A DNA stretch of 49,629 bases, the filler included, from Ionaspis alba (Eukaryota), in NCBI GenBank assembly GCA_964255285.1. It is 2 parts of 2 records of this genome, joined end to end, with 100 filler letters (N's around TTAATTAATTAA, not from the genome) between each part and the next. Parts side by side here need not be neighbours in the genome. Positions count along the whole stretch, not along the records: positions 24,898 to 49,629 come from CAXUUL010000169.1; 1 more part is not named here. One strand, given 5' to 3'. The notes under the pieces are model-generated. The model was not told the DNA's origin, made no database searches, and worked only from the letters and a program-made list of their open reading frames with translations. Positions 36,694 to 48,513 of this stretch are shown here, piece by piece. The translations under genes were made by a program, and so were the position numbers. How positions within the stretch are numbered: the stretch's first letter is position 1; every line of letters starts with the position of its first letter.

Positions 36694-38011
36694 GCTGACA
36701 GTCTCAAGGTTAGGGACTTTGGGAAGGCGATTTCAGAAAATCGATCAAGAAGGAAGATACTGATTTGAACGAAAGTAAGACGATGACAACGGAATATAAG
36801 AGCACCAACGCCGAATAGGATTGCCTTGATCAACGGAAGAGATTGGGAACAGTGCCGCAAGAGCGCATAGTCGGCTTTTTCTGCTGTAGTAGAATATACC
36901 AATAAGCTCTATGGCCGCGGAAGTTACATTGTTATCCTAGCCGTTCCTTCTAAACTGGGACATCGCCAGCATGACTGTTTTGATGCCACCATCTTCGAAG
37001 CAGAGATCCTTGAATGTAAGGCTACAGACCTCAGGCAACATAGAAAAGTACATCATGCGAGATTGTGACTTGCGGGTTCGGCCAATAAACCAAGTCAGCC
37101 AATGCAGCTCATCTCCAGGACAAAGGCTGGAAACGAGATGCAGAGAGACTCCAAGGTCTAGATGCAGCTTCTGCCTGCTCCGCGTCCCTTCGGAACAGGC
37201 TCAAAATATCGATAAGAACCAAATGTACAGCCCCGTGCATGACAGTTGGAAAATAAGAAATTGCCTTGACTCCGCGGTGAATATCACGTATTGAGGGGGT
37301 TAGCGGTATAGGTGGCAAGTTAGGCTGTCATGCTCGTGCTTGTGTGGCGTAGTAGACAGGTGTAGAAACTGAAAGTTGACCCCACCTGATGTAAAGACGG
37401 CGCAGGGTAGCATCCGCCCCCACATAGACGCGTTAATAGCCCACCTTTCTCAAATGCATGAAAGGTACCTTCCTGTCTCATCTCCTGCAGTATTACCTCG
37501 GGGCCGGCACATCAAATTGAAGCCAATCGTCCTGAAGAATAAATTACCGTAAAATATCATATTACTATGATATAGTACGACACCCAGTCAACAAAGAATG
37601 AATCTCCCCCACCATCAACGCCAGCCAGTCACATTTGAAGGCAGGAGCAGGATCAAACCTCATGTTTCACGCATAACTCAGCCGCAATGGCAAGAGTCAT
37701 ATAAAATTTCAAGGATATACTGCAGCGCTAGTTGCAGTGTTGCCTTGGACTCAATTCCTGGGATTTCTCGTGAATTAGTGTTTTTGCTAATGTGACAATA
37801 TCGTGCAGGCACCTTTGACTATCAGCTGAGCGTTCCTATCGGAGCTTCACCGCTCGCTTTTTGTGCTGAGTGGTTATAAATTCTGTGGCAGGAATTGCTT
37901 CCCACAGGTATACAGCGAGATATCAATTACCAACATTCCCTTTACCTTAATATCTCTAGTTGTTTCCGCAACTGGCTTTCCTCTGATCGACCCAGAGTTG
38001 GCTATCTTGCC

Positions 38012-40078
38012 ATGAATGCTTCATTTCTGTTCGGCTTGTCCTTTGAAGAGGTTATGGAAGTCATCTTTGTTTTCCTGCTGTCAGGAATTCTAACCTGCAT
38101 GGTGTACGCGCCTTATAGTCTCTCAAAGCTCGTCAGGTCTTTGCAGATCTCAGCTTCATGGATGCTCACGCCATTAAGAAGGCCGATGGTCTCCTCTATT
38201 TACGGGATGATGAAAGACTTTGTATGGATCTATCTTGATATTTTCTGCGCCGTCTAATCCAAAATAGCGAGCAGGAGTCTTCTACAGTCCATTTCGGAAA
38301 GCATGTCCTGTACTTATCCGCTCACCGGACGCAATGCTTGAACTAAGTGAAGCACCTGAACTATCTCAGAGGGCCGTCTACGCGGATGTATGATCAATTT
38401 TTTATATATCGTTTTGTGCTTAGAGATAACAGATTTTTGGTCTCCAATACACTATGGCTCATGCCAGGATCAGCTTCGATCCTAACGAGCAGACAAACCT
38501 CAGGTATCGCCTTTTTGCGAGAGCCATACGGCTGAATGGAATTGCTCAGCTAGAATCTCTGGAACCGTACCTACGAGCTAGGCTGGAGCAGAGCTTGACC
38601 AAGGAAATTGATCTTCAACTCACAGATGGTACGCATCAATTGCTGAACTGCTTGATAAACATTGACGCCTGACAGATTGGACGCCAATCAAAATTGCGCC
38701 TGTCATGCGAAGCCTCGCTACAGGCATGCTTGGAGTCTATGTTTTTGGGAGTGCTCTTGGTATACTTCCCATATTTTCTTACATTTGACTGCTTGGATGA
38801 CATGCTGAAGTCGACTTGCCTTTGAAACCCCAGCCTAGGTGGTGACTTCTTTGTTTAGGAAAAAGTAACATGTTAAGTGTCTGTGCAGCAGAAGAATCTG
38901 ACTTTTCATTCGCCATGTCGCAATACTACAACGATACGATCGCCTGTATGGGAGCACTACAAATTGCTCCTAGTTTCATGAAGTCGTATGTTGAACACGA
39001 TATACTTACATTCCATGGGATAATTATTGATTTCTACAGCTTTGTATACTCCTTGATCACCCGGAAGGGCCGAGCTTTAGACATTCTTTTGACGCGTATG
39101 TTGGATGCTGTGGATCCCAAACACAGCAACTGGGAAGAGAATGAAAATCTCAGACGTGTAAGTCTTTATTTTATCCTTAGAATACAAGATGTCTAACATA
39201 TAGTGCGGTAGATGACCCTCCTTCACAACATGATTGAAGCATCCCAAGATTCAGAGTATTGGACGAATACAGCTATTATTCAAGCTATTATAGGAATCTG
39301 GTTTGCTGCGTCGCATCAACCTTGGCTTGTAAGTATTGTCTTTTACTCCTTGCACATCGATGAGCTAATGTGTAAAGAATTTGCATTTTGTGTTTTTAGA
39401 ACTCTGTGCTCGACCAGAATACATCGAACTCTTGCGCGAAGAAATCAGACAACAGGAACGTCTTGATTACAAGCATCTTATTCAGATGCCAATCCTAGAC
39501 AGTTTTATCAAGGAATCAGTGAGACTCAATCCACTTGATAAGAGTACGTTTCATGACAATTGATATCGACACTATTTCGCTGACTTTTACAAGTGGCGAT
39601 TCGTCGCAAGGCACTTCGACCTTATACTTTCTCACATGGCGGACCTCATGTGGCCTCTGGAGAGATAGCTTGCGTCCCGGCATGGGAAATCATGCATAAC
39701 GAATCGAGGTACCCCCAACCAGATGAATTTGATGGCCTTCGCTTTGCTCAAAACACTATCGCCACAATGTCAAAACAAGGAGAAAGCGATCAACGCGGTA
39801 CAACCTTCACCGATGCCTCAAAGGACTTTCCGATCTGGGGTCTTGGATCCAAAGTCTGGTAAGCGTTTTCATACGAGATGTTTACAGTCTTCTAACCCGT
39901 AACGTTCAGTCCTGGCAGATGGCACGCTTCTTTTGTAATGAAGCTGGCCCTCGTCCACTTGATCACGAACTACGATTTCCGGTTGAAGGACAATAATACA
40001 CGCCGAAAGTGGTTCTGGGAGACATTTCAGTTGCCTTACGAATCCACAGAGGTTCTCTTCAAGAAGAGACAGCAGTAG
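38012..40078 (+). CDS. Cytochrome P450 monooxygenase (intron-rich)
   Basis: N-terminal TM segment, I-helix GIWFAASHQ, K-helix DSFIKESVR, FDGLRF, and heme motif WGLGSKVC|PGRWHA split by intron approx. 39859-39909. About 9-10 introns; the 5' exon structure is uncertain. Confidence 0.88.
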
Positions 40079-40375
40079 CGTGTAAACATTCGAAGGCTAG
40101 ATATAAATAGTTGAAAAGAATTCATGGGTGATTCCGTGCTTCAGGGCCACTGTAAAAATAGAATTCCTCGTATCCAAAGCATTCAATACCCAAAGACTAG
40201 TGAAGCGATTGACCCCCACCATTTTTTTGCCGTGTCTGCGAGTCAGCCTCGTTCACCCAGGTCCCACCAATAGATCACACATAAAGCTCTGCACCTTTGC
40301 TTCTGTCAGTTTTGGCTGATCAGTATCTTTGATATTTTCGTAGCACGCATTTCTAAGGATCCACCACCCAAGCAA

Positions 40376-41300
40376 ATGATCATGTCAAGCTTTTCGATGG
40401 CTTTAAAGGAACATCGCGAGCTGTCTCTTTCTGATAAGAATATGGATCCACGAAAAAGAGAGCGTACAATCCCAATGCAAGTCCTGAGCCTAGGCATGCC
40501 GCGCACTGGAACGGCGTGTGAGTGAACTATTTGGAGATCATCATCAGTTTGAAGTCCACTGATCATGATACAAAGCTATGCAAGAAGCACTAAACAGATT
40601 GGATATCCCATGCTACCATGGCTTCACGCTCATTCTCAATCTACAAGATACAGAAATGTGGAATAAAGCGCTGGATGCGAAGTTCTTCGGCAAGGGCACG
40701 CGCTTCACCATATCAGAGTGGGACCAGCTACTGGGCAATTACGCTGCAGTCACGGATCTCCCTGCGATTGCATTCTCAGACGACCTCATCGAAGCCTATC
40801 CAGATGCTAAAGTTGTCCTTGTCGAGCGCGATATTGAGAAATGGTACCAGAGCTTCCATGATGGCATCATCTCGAATTTGTGGAGCCCAATTCTACTAGC
40901 TATAGCCAGCTTGGATCCCTACTTTATGGGGCGGATGTGTGGCACTGCTCAGCGCTGGTCAAGGGGTTGGATGAAGGCACATTCGAGGCAGGAAATGGAG
41001 CAGAATGCACGCAGCAAGTATCAAGAGCACTACGCATTAGTGAAGAAGGTTACCCCCAAGGAGAGGCTGTTGGAATTCGACCTCAAAGACGGTTGGGGGC
41101 CACTGTGCAACTTCCTGGGCAAGCCGATTCCAGACGTACCATTTCCGCATACCAATGAGTCAGCTGCACTCAAGGAGATCATCAATATCATAACTATTCG
41201 TGGTGCGAAGAACGCGCTTCTTCATATCGCCAAGGTATTGCTGCCGCTCCTTGTTGCTTTCGTGGCGTATCGAATTTACACCACAACAAGTAAATTGTGA
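40376..41300 (+). CDS. Sulfotransferase-like P-loop protein (Sulfotransfer_4 family) with a C-terminal membrane anchor
   Basis: 5'-PSB-like LGMPRTGTA|SMQEAL (intron 40518-40575), CYHG, AVTDLP, 3'-PB-like RDIEKWYQS, DGWGPLCNFLGKPIPDVPFP, and a hydrophobic tail. The start codon is uncertain. Confidence 0.8.
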
Positions 41301-42099
41301 GAGTCCTGACTTTTGGAGGATGGTTAGTCGAATTAAAATGCAACAGCAGGACAAGGTAGTGCATGTAGTAGCTGCGGAAAACCAATAACGACTGCTAGTA
41401 ATACGTAGCGAATCGATTTTACACCGAATACCTCGAGTGGGTTATTACTCTCTCTTCTACTCACCTCATTATTTACATACCTAATATTAGATTGAAGTGG
41501 TATTACCAGTTTAGGGCGAATTCTGATTGGTCGTTGACCCCGGTCGCAACCTCCGATTCCCGTTGAGACCGATCTGCAATTCCAAGTGACAACAATTCCA
41601 CTATTAACAGTTGAAAAGTTGTATATAAAATTGAATTGGAATTGTCTCGCCGAACGCATTCTAACGTACCAACTTACAGTATCTTTAACCTAATATATTA
41701 AAAAGTATTGTTAAAAGTAGTTGATTCTACATCCGTGTCCCCAATACGAGTGAGGCATTTTGTCAAACTTGACTTTGATTGGTTAGATTAACCTTCAATT
41801 TTCTCCCAACGCTATAACCCAGGAATAGCGAGATGCCTAGTGTGCACAGAGGCTTCGAGATCGGGAGACGGAGTAGTCTTATGTGATAATTGAGATGATG
41901 ATGAAGATAATGGGTTAGGCTGATTAGCGAGGGGCCTGTATAAGTCTTAAGACGGAGATCTAGTCTTTGAATGCTAGGCTCATGCTTATTCTTAGAGCTC
42001 AAAAAAATAGAAATAGACGTAGAAGCAATGAATTCTTGAATTGATGGCCAGAACTAAGATACTCTTAAATATTCAGAGGGAGCCGGCATCAATCCTGTT

Positions 42100-43061
42100 T
42101 CACCGATTTTTCATTTGATCCAGTCCCGTCCCCTTTATCATCAAGGAATCCTGGCCATCATGTCAATATTTCTATATCGCTGAAAAGGATTGAGTCTGGG
42201 ATCATAACATACCCATAAGGATACCGGAACCCAGTTTGACATAAATTTCACGCTCGAGGCATAGCCGCCTTTCCATATTTGCCAATTTGCACCGTCCAAG
42301 ACTTCTTTGACAACTTTCTCGGCGTACTGTTGCGGCGTCATCCGAGGTACGTTATCTTCGCCTCTTGCCCGTGCTGCAACTGTGTCTTCAATACTGGAAT
42401 ACACGGAGTTGGGCGGAAGCTTGAAGTCTTTTGCTGAATCAAGTATGCGGCTGCTCACCGCCCCTGTCATCACACTCACAACCTTGACCCCAAAAGGTGA
42501 AAGTTCTAAACGCAGTGTCTCGGAGATCTGCGTCAGTGCCGCCTTGGAGCCAGCATAGATACCTGGCCGTACTTGTCAGCAGTCTTTTCAACAAAATATG
42601 CACACCGCACTTTAGGTGTGCACACTTAACCACGGCGTCCGACAGCATGAGCTGATGGAGCATGTGTAGACGATTGTGCCCTTAGCTGCTATCACTAACG
42701 GAGCAAACACCTGTGTGACCCGTACCGCTCCCCAAAGATTGATATCGTACATCGATTTCGCTGTCTCAATATCAAAATCCAAGATCGGGGCCATGAGCGT
42801 CTGGCCTGCATTGCTGACAAGGTAGTCAAGTGTGCCACCAGTCTCTTGCTTGACGCGTTCCATTGCAGCCTGAACACTCTCAGGCAAGGTCGGATCAAGT
42901 GTGAGAAGGACGACATTGGGAAGGGCTTTGAGATGTGACATCTTAGTAGGATCGCGTGCGGTAGCAAAGACGTGTAAGTTAGACTTTTGAAAAACCTCAA
43001 CGAGGGCAGAGCCGATGCCGCCAGCGCTGCAGCCGGTGATGAGGACGGACTTGAGAGCCAT
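42100..43061 (-). CDS. Short-chain dehydrogenase/reductase (Ayr1/17beta-HSD-like)
   Basis: LITGCSAGGIG, VSNAG and catalytic IYAGSK motifs. Introns 42625-42563 and 42212-42151. Confidence 0.92.
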
Positions 43062-43932
43062 GACGGAGTTGAATGACGGGAATGTTGTCGACTGTCATGG
43101 AACGAAGCTCAAGAGGGAGCTGAGGTGAAATCTAAAAGTAGCCATATACTGCGGGTTGTGAATGGGCGGGGCAAGGCAACACTGGAATAAACAAAGAAAA
43201 GGGTGGGAGGGCGGATTCTCCCCCACCATGCACCACAGCACTTAACCACCAATTGAATCTACACCAAATCTAGCCCAATACCGGCCTGGAATCTCATCCT
43301 CGGGTAAGAAGCACCTGCGTGCCAGCCACGATGATATACATGAGACATGTGCATGTACGTTATTCCTACAAAGTACCTACCTATTTAGTGTAGTTCGAAA
43401 AGGCCAACGGCGTAACGGCGTAGCGGCGGGAAGGTGTGCGGGAGAACGGACGCTAATGCAATGAGGCTGCACGGTTGTACTAACGGTCGGCTCGGGTCGT
43501 CCCATGGATCAGCATCGTATGTGTGAGCCCCTACCGCTGGCACCTCCTCCGCGATCTTGGAAATACGAGCAGTGCCTCAACGGTGCTTCCTGTATCAATA
43601 TATGCTGATCAACCTGCATGGTAACCGCCCCCAATATCAGCTCGCCATGATAACCTGGTATCGAGGGTCGCAGCGTTGCATTGCCTACAGATACAAGGAT
43701 CAATGATGGACTCACAAATCAAACATGCTGGCAGTGCTTATCTAGCCAACGAGGTTTAGTATGAGGTCGCTGGTTTTATTGCATACGATCTTGAAAGATT
43801 GTAAGATTGTGAAATATAAAAATGCCTTCAAGAAAAATTCTCTGGTAGATTGAGTGCTCCCAAGCTGCCCTTCACCCATATTGATAGCTGTGTATTTTGT
43901 ACAGAGTCACTCATCATTGTCAATTCTGCGAC

Positions 43933-45831
43933 ATGGCATTTGACACCCCGAGTATCGGAAGTTTGCTATGGCTTTCTGATAGCTCGCAAGATCTATATGG
44001 CTACAAGCAAATGGCTAGAGCAATCATTGGCTGCGTCTCAGTGTATTTGTTGTGGAGATTCTGGAAATTCTCCTTGACACCTTATTTCTATCCAGATGAA
44101 CCCAAAGAACTTCCTTACTGGATCCCAGGTAAATCTCTGTTCCGGAAGCTCAAATTGCTTTTGAATATTTTGTATGACTGATTCTGTGGTGTTCAGTCTT
44201 AGGTACGATAATCAATTGAAGGCCAATGTAAAGATTGTCGACGTCGTTTTACGAAGGCTAACATATCTGTAAAGGCCACGCTGTAGGGTTTTTCAGAAAC
44301 TCATATGCCGTTCTAGAAAATGCACGGTAAGCTCTGAACGATAAAATTTCAATCTATGTGCTCACGCATCGCAGTATATACTTTGGCAATACTCGCGAAC
44401 CATATCGAATTACCGTAGCTGGAAAAAGCATCTATGTTCTGACCAATCCTAATGATGTGCAAGAGCTCTACAAGAACACCGTCTCGATATCTTGGCTTCG
44501 TTTCGTCCAGGATCTATACCGTTGGATTGGCTTTTCCCCGCAAACAATGGAAAACCTCTGGAAAAATCCCACTCAAGAGCAAATGGCCGTCAATCCTGTC
44601 CGTAATAGCCCGCCAAATGACATGGTCGTAGAGTACGAGCGTCGCCAGCTTCTCCCGGGCCCTAATCTGGATCGACTCGCAGCCGTCCTACTTGAACATA
44701 TCACCAAGATCACAAGCCAGAATTACCTGGATATGGAAAGACCATTTGTCCTAGAACGGGATACCGATAGTGTCCAAGTGAATCTGATGGAGTGGACATC
44801 TCATTCGATCATACATGCTATGACTGAGATTTACTGGGGCCAGGCCATCTTCCAAGCAGAACCAGATATAGTGCCGGCTTTCATGAGGTGGGAGGCTTTG
44901 ACGTGGAAGTATGTGTTTCAGCTTCCACGTTTCATAAGCAAAGATATGTACGCCAGTAGAGATCAACTTATCGGTGCTTTTGCAAAATATTTCAGTATTG
45001 CCAAAGCAGATCGAAAGGACACGAATTGGTTTGTTTCCACTAGTGAGGCAGAATTGCGGGACATTGGACTCGATGACCGCGACGTTGGAAGAGTGCATAT
45101 GTTACAGCATTGGGCGTGAGTCTTCCCATTCAATTTCACGAAAGCTATCAGTGGTGACAAACTCTAGCATCAATGGTAATATGCACAAAGTGGTCTTCTG
45201 GATCTTCTCGCACCTCCTTCACGATCAGTCCCTCCTCGATGTCATCCGTCAGGAAACAGCTCCAGGTATTGCCAATGAGAACCTCGATGTAGCCTTCCTC
45301 ACAGGGCAATGTCCCCGCTTGGACTCCGTTTACCACGAAGTCCTACGCTTACGAATGGCCACCTCCTTAATGCGGTATGTCACTGCTCCCACACGCATTG
45401 GCACCAAGATCCTCCATGCCGGCCACAATGTGATGGTGCCATACCGTGAACTACATTACAACGAGGAAATATGGGGAGTCAAATCGTCTGAGTTCAATTC
45501 AGAACGCTTTCTAAAGGACAAGAGCCTGGCGCGTAACCCCAGTTACAGACCTTTTGGCGGCGGACAGCATCTTTGCCCTGGTCGCTTTCTTGCTAAGCAG
45601 TCTGTGTTTGCATTCGTAGCTTTGGTTTTGCATCGGTTTGACCTAGCTCTAGTGAAAGATAAGGGATGTGGGGACGAATTCCCGAGGCCAGACGAGACCA
45701 AGCCAGGCCTCGGATCTTTGCCTCCCTTAAAAGGTGATGATGTGGTTGTGAGATTGAGCCCCAGAGAAATCGATAATGGAGCATCACATGGGAAGAAAAT
45801 GTACTGCACCCAACGGGCCTTATTGTCATAG
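43933..45831 (+). CDS. Cytochrome P450, CYP7/CYP8 (sterol hydroxylase/prostacyclin synthase)-like
   Basis: PKELPYWIP|VLG|HA, I-helix HWA|INGNMHKVVFW, EVLR, SERF and heme PFGGGQHLCPGR. Four introns, including a 6-nt microexon at 44197-44202. Confidence 0.9.
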
Positions 45832-45934
45832 AAACTTCAAATTTTAGGCTCAGTATTTGCCCGTCAGCATACCTATTGCAACTTTCTCTTTGATATCTCT
45901 GCGACTAATTGGTTTAACAATGTAGAGATTTCAT

Positions 45935-47702
45935 CTAAACTGCTGATGAGGTCAATTTCTTTTCTTCTACCAGCCCGAACTCTGTGTTCAATTCTGTGCG
46001 CAACTTGAGTTCTTCTTCAAAGAAAACAACAAGGAAAGTGAACGCAGATATAGCAATAGCCACCTGCCATACAAGTTTAAGACTGCCTTCAAATACGCCG
46101 ACAATTTGCATTTGTAGTTCCGGGTCTGCAGCAAAGGAATCGATATAAGCTTTTGTAGCGTGCTCATAAGCGTGTCCTTTATCAAGAACCGCTCTAACTT
46201 CGGGATTATTGATCTGGTGCAAGAGATCCAGGAATCGGTTGTTGAATACGGTTGCAGAAATTGTGATGCCCCATATGGTCCCGAAACTGCGCAGGAAAGC
46301 CCAGATACCAGTTGCTGTGGCTGCGTCTTCCTCTGGAAGCCCTGCTTGCACTGCTGCCAAAAGAGTCCCAATCGATAGTCCAGTCCCGGCCGAAAAAATG
46401 ACCTGGACGATCGTCCACACTGCGGTAGAAGAAGTTGCAGTAAGCAGGGTGAAAAGCCCAAGCCCAATTGTCATGAGGCCAAAGCCACCTAGATGAAATG
46501 GCTTATACCTGCCCCACTGCTCCATAGCAATGCCCCCAACCGCGGCAAAAACCATCAGCGGAATGACGGTAGGAAGGAGTTGGACCCCAGATCGAGTCGG
46601 AGCCGAACGTAACACGCCTTGGAAATATACGGGCAGAAAGTATATCTCCCAAATCATGAGCAGGGTATGAAAGAAGGTGAGTACGAACACGGTTGCAGAG
46701 GTCCGGTTGGAGAAGAGGCGTTTGGGGAGCGTTGGCTCGAGACAGAAGCGAGAGACCTCATAGACGTAGAAAAGGCATAGGCCAGCAAGACCAAAAACCA
46801 GAGGAACGACAGTGCGCCAGGATGACCATGCATGTGTTGTGCCGCCGCCTGTGAGGGCTAAAAGGATAGAGATGACGCTCAGCACAAATATCGCATTGCC
46901 TAAGAAATCGATCCGCTTGAGCTTCTGCATAACGGTGGACTCCTTGTCGTAGTTGACCTGTAAGAATGCGAGCAAGAGCACAAACGCAATTCCAGCCACA
47001 GGGATATTGAGATAAAATGCCCATCGCCATGTAGCATTTTCAACCATGATGCCACCGAGGAAAGGACCCAGAGCTGTCCCAATAGTTGCGACGCCAAATA
47101 CGATGCCCATAACAGTACCACGCTCACGTACTGGTACAAGGTCGCTGACGATGAGATCGACCATCATAGTGACGCCGCCTCCACCAATGCCCTGTACTGT
47201 ACGCCCTGCTATAAGCATAGGCATATCGCTTGCGCCCCCGCTGAGACCACTTCCGATCATAAACAACGCAACAGCTGATATGATAAGCCATCTCCGGCCC
47301 ACGACATTGGCGGCTTGTCCATAGAATGGCTGGAATGCGGTACTGTGTTTGAAGTATTAGCCTACAAACAAATGAACAATGTTGGAGCCTTTATCTAAGC
47401 TTAACACAAACAAACCTGGTCAAGAAATATGCATTCACTACCCAAATATAGTCATGTCCACCTCCTATATCGTTCACAATTGTTGGTAAGGCCGTTGACA
47501 CAACAGTGCCTTCAAGAGCCGGTAGCATGCCAACAATAGATAGAGCCGCAATCGTTGTCCAGTAATGCCAATTCTTCTTGAGAGGCTCTCTGATAGATGC
47601 TTGGACTTCGATTTGACCGTTTGCAGCATCAGCCAAAGTATTACCCGCGTTTTTGGCAGAAACCGGCATGATGGTGTGGGATTTTTCCCCGATAGAAGAC
47701 AT
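45935..47702 (-). CDS. MFS drug:H+ antiporter (DHA2, 14-TMS) efflux pump
   Basis: LEGTVVSTALPTI, intron 47415-47343, GRTVQGIGGGG, DLVPVRERG, WRWAFYLNIP and FLPVYFQ motifs. Confidence 0.93.
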
Positions 47703-48513
47703 GCTAGATATCAGTTTGAGCCAATGCGGTTGCGTTTTTGCGAATCAGAAAAAAACAGAGAATAATGCGGGATATCAGATTTCGGTAAACGACTTTATTC
47801 AGTCATAGGATATGGGAGCGTTGCTTGAGCCTATCGCAAGAGCCTCACAAATTGTCGGGGGCCCGGGGAAAAAACAACAACCCCCTTCATTCGAAGCATT
47901 GGCCGACACAATCAAGCTACTCGGATCTCCATAATGCCTATCATCTACCATGCCATGTTGTGGGACCACAGCCTCCTGAATTGGAAGGTACTGCGACTGA
48001 AGCATTCAACCAAGTACAAACGACATCATGCAAGTCTCTCGACGCCGCCTCCTGATATTGCTGCATTCCTACTCGGACAAGGGGTTTTTTCCAGACCCAA
48101 GATAGTATGCAGTGAAGTGGCACTCTAGCCCATTAGACTCGTACACAGGTTTCGAGATGCATATGTAGCGTATATGCATGTAATCGTCTGTGCATATACA
48201 GTTGCAGCGCCGTACGCAGCGTACTGCTTACTGTTGTACTTCCACTCGCGATGATGTGTGGTCTCGACCACAACGTGAAGGGACTTTGTTCGGTCCCAGG
48301 CACCGCCGCTGTTTTTCTCAGCTCAATGCCACCATTAGAATGTTTGGAAAGTCTCTTCGCAAATATGACTGACCACTGTGCCAAACGTTTTTTACTTCCT
48401 TTTCCTGCCACAAATTCAGCTTTCCAAATCAGCATTCAATTATTCAAACTTAGGATTTGCTGAACAAACCTTCAAATCATTTTTTAGCCCAATTTCTCAT
48501 CTATCACACCGTC

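Noticed and set aside
41330..42060. Moderately AT/TA-rich spacer between the sulfotransferase-like gene and the SDR as a transposon relic
   Set aside because: Only a 9-bp inverted repeat (acaattcca/tggaattgt) was found, with no matching TIRs, TSD or coding remnant.
123..48435. Many antisense or overlapping ORFs in the track (e.g. 123..659, 4333..5001, 31255..31800, 45988..46467)
   Set aside because: They are shadow frames of well-supported genes, or short intergenic ORFs without motifs or splice support.
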